Below, in pieces: positions 30,301 through 39,300 of a stretch of DNA of 64,000 nt. The notes beneath the pieces were generated by a model. The model searched no databases. It saw only the letters and a list, made by a program, of their open reading frames with translations, and was not told the DNA's origin. Each line of letters begins with the position of its first letter. The first letter of the stretch is position 1. The stretch comes from Candidatus Multivoradales bacterium (GTDB lineage: Bacteria; Acidobacteriota; Thermoanaerobaculia; Multivoradales; Multivoraceae): contig CBDCWI010000002.1 in NCBI GenBank assembly GCA_965223325.1, forward strand, positions 2,016,001-2,080,000, read 5' to 3'. The translations under genes were made by a program, and so were the position numbers.

Positions 30301-33300
30301 AAGCGGACCCTCTGGGGGAGCAAACCCACGATCGACTGGGCGATGGAACACCAGCGTCGGTGGAGTCGAGTCTGTCTGCACAGTGACCAACTCGGTCTGC
30401 GAGGCTGCGCCGAAGGCGGCGGTGAGCTCGAGCGAATACTCCCCGTCGGCCAGCACTGCATTCGAGTCGTCGCGCCCGTCCCAGGGCACCACGCTCGCAC
30501 CCGCCGGGAAGAGCTCGCCCGCGCGGAGAGTTCGCCGCAGCGAGCCGTTGGCATCGAGCACCCGCAACGTCACTTCGGCCTCCTGGGACAAGGCGAAACG
30601 CACGGCGGTTTGGTCGCGGCGCCCGTCGTCGCCGGGCGAGAACAGGCGCGGCGCTGCATCGAGCTCGGTGATCAGAACGAGCGGGAAATCCACCGTGTGG
30701 GTGGTAGTGACTTCCGCCTGGTTGCCATAGATGTCGCGAGTTCGGAGGCGGAGCGTCATGGCACCGAAGAGATCCGCCAGGTTCCAGGTGCCCAGGTAGT
30801 GAGGTACCTCTTCACTGAGCGCGCGGCGCAGGTCGTCACCGTCGAACTGAGCGATGGGAGCCCAGGATTCCGGTGCCGGGCCGAAGCCGAAAGCCAGCTC
30901 AGCCGATTCGTAGTTCTCACTTCTCGGCTCACCTCGCACTGATCCGGTGACCTCGGTCAGAACTGTCAGGGGATCGCCAGAGAGCGGATAGTCGATTTCG
31001 GGCACAGGCGGTGTGGTGTCGAGCAACAGACCGCAGTGGCGACTGACTCTCAAGTTGCCGCAGGCGTCCTCGAAGCGTGCAACGACCGCGTAGAGGCCAT
31101 CGGCGGCGACCTGGCCATTCGCATCGCCACCGTCCCAACGCATCAACGCCCCACCGACATCCATGGGGAAGCTCTCAGCCAGCAACCTGGTCGCGGGAGT
31201 CGCCGGCCACGACGGATCGGGCCCACTGCACACCTCGGAGCGTGGCCACACACCGACATCGGCATGCACCGGTTCCGTTGTTTCGAGACGAATGAGCGCT
31301 TCGTCGAGGAACAGATCCTGGTTGGGCGAGAAACCGCGGTCGACTGACGTGATGGCACTGCCTTCGACTTCCGAGTCGACAAAGACACGCCGCTCCACGC
31401 ATCGCCGTTGGCCGGCCGCGTTCACCGCCTCCACGGTGAAGTCGAGAGCCCCTGTTCCGGTGAACACATCGTCGGCGAAGGGAAGCGGCTCACCCGGGAA
31501 GTGGTCCATGGCCTGCCCGAAAACACCGGTCGAGAAATCTCGACTGGCGGGGCTTGGCAGGGGCCCGCTACCAAGCGCCGGGCCCCCCCTGGTTGTCCGG
31601 AAGACGAAACCGACTGAGTCGACGATACGCACCTCGGGTACGAAGGCACCGCAGATGCGCTGACTCTCGAGAGGGAAGGTCACCTCGAGCTCCGGCGGCG
31701 TTCGATCGACGAGGACCGAGAACAGCCTCGTGGCTTCGCGGTCCTGGTCGTTGGTGAGTCGGGCCACCCACAGCTGCTGCCCTTCTGGAAGGCCGCTGGT
31801 ATCGAGATCGAACGCGAGAACCTCCCCGCTGGTGGGCTCGTTCAAGCTTGCGACGACCTCGAACCCACCATCGGCAAGTGGTCGCTCCAGGGTAAGGCGC
31901 TTGAGCGGTTCGCCATCGAGACTGGTTGCTCTCACCGAGATCGGCCACTCGCCGAGCGACGATGCGCCGCCCCCACACGAGCCGTAAGCCACATCGCGCT
32001 GCTCGACCAGCACCTCCAGGCAGGGCCGACGAAGCTCCCCGGTCACCTCTACCGTCTCAGAGAGCACCAGCTCGCCGGTACTCGGGTGGACGAACTGCGG
32101 ACTGGTTGCGATGACGCGCACCTTGTAGGTCGCGCAACTGACGGTCGGAACGTCGAAAATGAGATCGCTCTCGGTCTGGGCGACAACATCAAAAGCCGTC
32201 TCGCTGACGTAGCGCGAGTCGTCATCGCTTTGAACGAGGAGGCGAACATCACTCATCACGCCTGGGAAGGTCTCCTCAGCGTGGAGCAGAGACTCCGAAG
32301 CCGGGTCGAGGCCCACCTGTTCGATCGCCATGATCACCTCGGCCGAGGGCTCAGAAAGCTGGCCAACGAAACGCAAGCCCGCAAACGGCGGCGCGAACCA
32401 GATGGGTAGGGTCTCGAAAGAGTTGCCCTGGGTGTCGATCACTTCGAGATGGACCTCCAGCGACCGAGATCGGTCGACTCCGGACCAGTCCCACTCCACC
32501 TCGAAGGCTCCGTCCGGGGCCACGGCGCTCGGGATCAACGAGCCGGGCGCATAGATGTCGGCAAGCGACGTCTCGAGAACCGTAGCGTTCTCATCCAGGT
32601 GCTGCGCTCGCAAGATCACCTGCGAGACCGGGGCAACGATCGCCTCGTCAACGCGCAACCGAATGGCCTCGCCCGGGGTCGTCAGCGGGCAAAGGCTCCG
32701 AGTCTCGGCGCAGTAGTTGCCGAGGACCGCTCCCGCGTGGAGGAGTCTCACAGGCTGACTGCCACCCTCTGGTCCGGGTCCCGCTGGACCGACGGCGGTA
32801 AGGAAGGCCCTCTCTTCCCACTGCTCCGTGACGACGGTCTCGTTGGCGACGATGTCGGTCAGCACGACGCGGCCCGAACCACCGACTGCTCGCGCTGGCT
32901 CGATCTGCACCGCACCGGTGGCCACTGTCGGGTGCTTGAAACTCGTCTTCAAGGTACCCCGGCCCTCCCACGGCGGGCCGATCTGGAACTCGCCGCCGAG
33001 CTCGTCGAAGTGGTCGTCCTGGGCTTTGGCCGACATCGACATCGTGAGCGCCGAGCTGGAAGGCGACAGAACGAGCGGTGCCTGGGCGCGGCTCGGCGAA
33101 GCCAGGAGCACGAACTCCTCGACCGTCGGCGGCGTCGTGTCGACTTCGAAGAAGAACTCGAACGTGAGAAGCGACAGGACGTACCGACCATCTGGCACCG
33201 GTAGGCCGCGATCGTCGCGGCCGTCCCAGACCACCGCCTGATCGTTGGCCGCACCAGCAAACGTCCGCTGAAGCGCCCGCACCGGCGCACCGCCCTCGTG

Positions 33301-36300
33301 GGCGATGAGGATGTCGAGAACCACCGGCCGCACGACATCGAAACGAATCTCGAGATCGTCGAAGGCACCGTCGTTGTTGGGCGAGATGACGCGCTCAGAA
33401 AGCTCGGGGTTGGCGATCGTCGGCGTCGTCGGAATGCCAACCTGGCGGATGTCGCGCCGAGTGTTCCCGGCCCGGTCTTCGACCGTCAGGCGCACCAGGT
33501 ACGCACCGCCGTTCTCGGGGCTGAAGACCCCAAGCTGCCCATCAACAACCGCCTCCGAACCCGGAGCGTTGAACAAGCTCCACGAATCGGGACTAGAAAG
33601 CGGCGCAAACTCGAGGAGGTAGCGCTCGAAGTGAGCGTCGGCAGCGGTGCCCTCGAGAAGGACGGCGCCGGATGGGTCCGACCGCGCGCGCAGATCTGCC
33701 GTGAGGTTCAGCAGTGAGCGATACCGGTAGAGGTCATCGTCCCAGGGATCGCCGACGCAGTCGTTGGCACCGGGATTCTCGTCACGATCCTCGTTGGCCT
33801 GATCGGACCGGAAGAAGACGCCGGTACCAGTCGGCGACAGGGTCGGGTCGATCACGCGATCGAACTCGAGCAGGAAGCGAACGACCTCGTCCTCGTCCAG
33901 CTGCACGCCTTCGACGCCTATCGCGTTGCCGAACTGACCGAAGAAGACATCGCGGCGACCCGGCACCCAACGCAGGTCATCGAAGCGCTTGATGGAAAAG
34001 AGCTCGTGCTGTGCCTGCACGATGCTGAGAAGCCCGGCGCTCCCCGAGGAGCGCTCGATGGTTCCGTGCTCTGACCTTGGGGTGACCTCAGAGGCCACGA
34101 GAGTGAGGCTCACCTCCGGCAGGCGACCGGCTCTCGGCGAGTCGCCAAACACGTCGGCTGCGGCGAAATCCACTTTGAGGCTTCGACTGTGGGCATCGAA
34201 ACCGAGCTCGACTCCTACGGGCCGACCAGGCACCGTTTCCAGCGGCTGGCCGCCGAGCAGAATCTCTCGCGGCCAGACGCGGCTCCCGCCAACTTGGAGA
34301 TAGACCTCCTCGAGGCCTGCCGCAATGCCGCCGCGCTGCTCGATCTCGAAGCTAAGATCCTGCCCCTTCGAACGCATAGCGCGGGCGAACGCGTCAACGG
34401 GCAGAGACTGGGTGTGCAGCTCGGGTGAGAAGTGAAGTGCGCCGAGCTCGCCACCGCCAGCGGCCGGTGCGACGTGGAAAGACCCACAGGTGTCAAACGG
34501 TATGGTGCTCGCCACCGGCTCCCACGCCCCGGTCTGCCGGTCCAGGCTGGCGGTGTAGTCGACGCGCTCGCAGCTCTGGTTCTGGGGCTCGAAGAAGTCG
34601 AATGTCACGAGCACGTAGCGACCGTTCGAATGCACATCGACGAAACTGACGCCGGCAGGCAGGGCTGCAAGCGGGGGCTCGCCCTGTGGCACGCGGGTCG
34701 AGAACCCGAGCTCTGAAGCAAGCGGAGGCGGCGGAAAGTCGTAGCTCTCGACCTCGACACCACCGGCTGTGCGCAAGACGAGGCGCTCCTCGACCGACGA
34801 AGCAACCGCGACCACCGGTGTTTCAGGCAACCAGGCGGCAACAGGTGGTGACGGTCCTCTGAAGGGGGCGTCAGTCCAGCTCTCCAGGGTGACCGCGGCA
34901 CCGGCGGCCAGATCGACAACCAGGAGAGACCCAGAGTCGAAACCCTCGCCCTCCGCGCGCAAGATCACGTAACGCCCTCCGGGCGCAAAGCCTCTCTGCA
35001 CGGGATCCAGTCGCGCCGAACCGGACCAGATCTCAACCGGTGCCGAACCGTCGATCGGAAGGTGCACGACACCCTGGTCGCTGAGCGCGAAGGGCGTGTC
35101 GGTTCCCGGCGAGAAGCCGAGGAGCTCGAACCCACTTGAATCGGGTATCTCGAGCACGAAGCCGCCAAGTGGGTCGGCGAAACGGATGTTTGAGTTGAAC
35201 GGCCGGTAGGCGACCGCACCATCGTTACGCAGCTCGAGTTCACGTGGGCTGAAAATCCCGGTTTCGATCGGCTCTGGCGACGACCCGTCGGTGCGAACCC
35301 GCCACATTCCATGACCCGCGGCGCCGGTCCCTACGAAGAAGACGAAGCGCTCGTCTTCGGTGACCCGGAAGTCTCGCGCGCTCTCGAGCTCGCAGGTGAG
35401 GTTGAGCGACTGCGCAAACTCGGTGCCGGCCGCGGCAAAGAGCGGCGAGCGGTTGGTATCGACCGTGACCTCTGCGAGCCGCAAAACGGCGCCTGAGGAG
35501 TCGACCGCCTGGAACGAGTAGGTGCCGTCGGGAACCAGCGACCCAAAGCGGTCGCGGCCATCCCAGTCGAAGCGGCCGTCGCGCGACGACCGGGTGCCCT
35601 GCTCGACCCTTAGGACCTCGTCGCGCAGGTCGACGATCTCGACGTCGGTGTCGGCGGCTGTATCGAGGCGATAGATGAAGGCGGTCGTGTCTTTGACACC
35701 GTCACCGTTGGGCGAGAACCAGCGTTCGGTCACCAACGCGGAGCCCTCTCCGGTGGTCACGCGTAGATCCTGGCGGTTGTTGTCTTCGCTCGACTCCCGC
35801 AGAGTGTTGGCGCGATCCACCACCACAACGAGGTTGTCCGCTCCCGCTTGTGGCCAGACCCAGTCAAGCGAAACAACACCGGCCATCTGGCCAGGCGCCG
35901 ACACGGTTCCTGCGGCAAGAACAGCGCCACTGGGACTGCCCGAGAACACCTCGACCGAGACTTCACCGCTGGGCTGTTCCCCGAGATTCGACACTGTGAC
36001 CTCGAGCGTCACCGTGTTGCCTGGCGTCGGCAACGAGGGTGTCAGCCGGAGCGAGCCTGCGCTGAGGGCGAGGTCAGGGAGCGAAAGCACGGCCACCTGG
36101 CGCAGCGCGAGGTTGTCGTCTTCGTCGAACTCGGGTACGACTCCGTCCGGGTCGACGATGGCAAAGAGCACCCGATCGGCGGAACCCTCGAAGTCGAGGA
36201 TCTGCGCCGAGGCAACACGGCTCTCGCCCGGTCCGAGAGTGCCCGTTAGGACGGTGCGCGCCAGTTCTAGACCGCCCTCAGCCGGTAACCCATCGAACAA

Positions 36301-39300
36301 GCCGACCAGGACGTCGTTGGCCGCCGTGCCACCGTTGTTCTCGACCACAATCTCGAGAACTACAGAACCGCCTTCGAGAACCGGCTCGGGGCTAACGGTC
36401 AGACCCGCTGGGTCGACCTGCAGGTTGGTCTCGGTAATGGCGCCGGCGGTGAACTCGAAGCGCGCCGTGTTGTCGGATTCATCGGCCTCGGGTAGAAGAT
36501 CACCTGGGTCGAGCGCGATCACAAAGGCGAGGTCTCCTTCCCGATCGACCACCCAGTCGGAGCGCACCTCGAGGCTTCCGCCAGCCGGCAGTTGAATCGG
36601 TGTTGGCCCACCGAGCGCCAGGAACTGGCCCACGTCGAGCTGGTAGAGAACCTCGACATTGTCCGCGTCGACCGTGCCACGGTTATAGACCGTGGCGACA
36701 AACTCGACCCGCTCGCCAACCAGAGGCTGACCTTCGAGTCGCACATCGGCGACCGCAACCACCAGGTTGACCGCATCCACCGTCGAGACAAGGGTGCGGG
36801 CTATGTTGTTGTCCTCGCTGGCCTCAGACACCAGGTCCGCCGGGTCGATCTCGACCGTGAGCTCGGTGACTCCCGGAGTGTCGAGCGTGAACGCGAAGGC
36901 CACAGGCACGCTCGAACGCGCCGCAAGAACGCCAAGGGTTTCCTCAGCAAGGAGTTCGCCGGCTCCTGGATCGCCGCGCCAGAGGCGCAGCGCGACGTCC
37001 GGCGCATCGGTGCTGCCGATGTTGCGGGCGATGACATTGACCGTGATCTCCGCCGGCAATTCGCCCGGGCGCTCGGGCGACACCACCACCTCGTCGGAGC
37101 GCAACTCGAGGTCGGCTTCGGTTGCAGCTCCCTCGATCCGAATCTCGACGTCCGCCGTGTTGTCCGACTCGCTGAGTTCCTCGACGGCCCCATCGACATC
37201 GAGCTCGAGGGTCAGAACGTGGGTCCCCGAGCGCCCGGTGGTGTCCCACGCGACCTCCAACTTCGCGGTCTGGCGCGGGCGAAGCGTTGGCACATCGACC
37301 GACTCGAGGACCTCGCCTGCGAGTCGGAGAACCGCGCGACTGGCCATGGCGTCCACCGACCCGTTGTTGATGATGGTCGCCGTTACGACGACGCCCTCTC
37401 CGTCGCGCGCCGGGTTGGGAGCGACCTCGGCTGGGCCGGCAAAAGCAAGGTTCGAGAACTCGGCGCGGGCTAGAACGTCAGCGACTACTGCGGTGGTGTA
37501 GATGCTCGATCCCCAGTCTCCCGCCTGCGACTGGCGCGCGGCGAGCCAGCCGGTTGCCGCTGACAGGTCGACGGAACCGTCGCCGAGGAGTTGGAAGGTT
37601 GCGACGGCGTCGGCGGTTTCGTGGAGGCTCGCCAACGGTGCCCCGAAGCCGCCGCCTGGGTGTGCAGTCGACGCCAGCCAGCCAAGAGCGGCGCTGATCG
37701 AGTCGGCGCCATCGCCCGACGTGCGACCCATTGCATGAAGCGCCTCGACCACTGCCCGCGTGGCGCCAATGCGCGCGGCGCCGCCGACGGTATTCGACCA
37801 GCCCCCACCGGGGGTTTCAGACGCAAGGAGAAAGTCACCGGCGCTCTCGAGACCCGGCGCCTGCCCTCTCAGGGCGAGAACAGCAAGCGCCGTATCGAGC
37901 GGTTCGCTGCGATGGTCGTCGCCCAGCCCCCAGCCACCGTCGGCATTGCGGCGAGCGAGAAGCTCGCCCTGTAGCTCCGCGTTGCTGCCGAGCGCCTGCA
38001 GGCGGCGGGCAAGCGAGTCGGTACCGGCGGCGGAGACAGAGCGCAAGAACCCGGCGGCTGCCGCGGATCCGGAAAAGGCCGGGTCCTGTGCCACCAGCAC
38101 CGCCAACGCCTCGGCGGTGTCCCGAACGGCCGTCGAGGGATGATCTGCAAACGAGCCGTCGGCCGACTGCTGGCCGCGAAGCCAAGCATGGGCGGCCGGC
38201 AGCGAAGCTTCGGGCCGTAGGTCGCCGCCGCCCGGAACCGAGGGATCGCCGGGCTCGAGATCCGCCGTTGCCGGCGGAGCCACCCGCAGGATGCCGCGGC
38301 CGCCGGTCAGCACACTGAAGTGGCGCTCGAAGGCTTCGCGGACGCGCTCGACACCCTCGAGCTCGGCATCGGTGGGACGGCTCCCGGGTCGCGTGAGCAC
38401 GACGAAGGCGGCCCGGAACTCGCTCGGGGCGTCGCCGTACGACGGTACGCGGGCGCCTTCGGCGGCGACAATGTCGGCGATCGAAACGTCGACCCGTGAA
38501 CCGACGACGACTTTGCCGGCGCGGGGTGGCTCGGGTGCCGGAGCGTCACCGTTGTCGATATAGAAGACGTCTGGCACCTCGCTGGCAGGTACCAGGCCCG
38601 CGGCGTAGAGATCGAGCGGGTTGTAGGCGGAGCGTGGAAGGAGCGACGTGAACTGCCCACCGCCATCAGAGCGCCAGTCGTTGCCATACATCAACGTCCC
38701 GCCGCCAGCATCGGTCAGCGGACCCCAGTGAGAGCCCACCCCGAGAAGAGCGTCACTTGGCTGCCCGGCGTCGTCGAGAAAGCGGAGCCGTGCCGACCAG
38801 CGGTGCATTACCTCATGGGAGAGCACCGAAAGCGTGCGCGTGAAGCCCGACTGCAGCGGATCCATCACATGGGTGTCGAGCCCCGCCATGTCGACAAAGC
38901 CCTGAAGCCGGCCATCACTACCGAATTCGTCGCTGTTGTCGAAGATCGGTAGGCCAATTCCTTCGACGTCATTTGCGACGGTTGTGAATAGGCCACCAAT
39001 CGGCAAACCGCCAAACGCCCCCAGGGAAACGTCAAAGTCGGCGAATGTAACCAGAAAGTCGTAGCGATCTCCGATTTCGCTGAGCACCGCCCTCGAAACT
39101 GCACTGCGAGCGGCGAAGTTCGTACTTCCGTCGGGAAGTTCGCGGTCGTACGGACCTTCGATCTCGAGCAAGACGATGTCGTTGCGCAACTCGAGAAAGC
39201 GCACCGTGACCGGTGCTCCCGGTGCCCGCTCGACGAAGGTCGCAAGCTCGACGTGGGGAGAGTAGAGACCCGGGGAGGAGCGAGCGTCGCGAGCGCTAGG

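Noticed and set aside
11825-39245. Many antisense or alternative-frame ORFs over the two giant genes
   Set aside because: Shadow ORFs expected from GC-rich codon bias.
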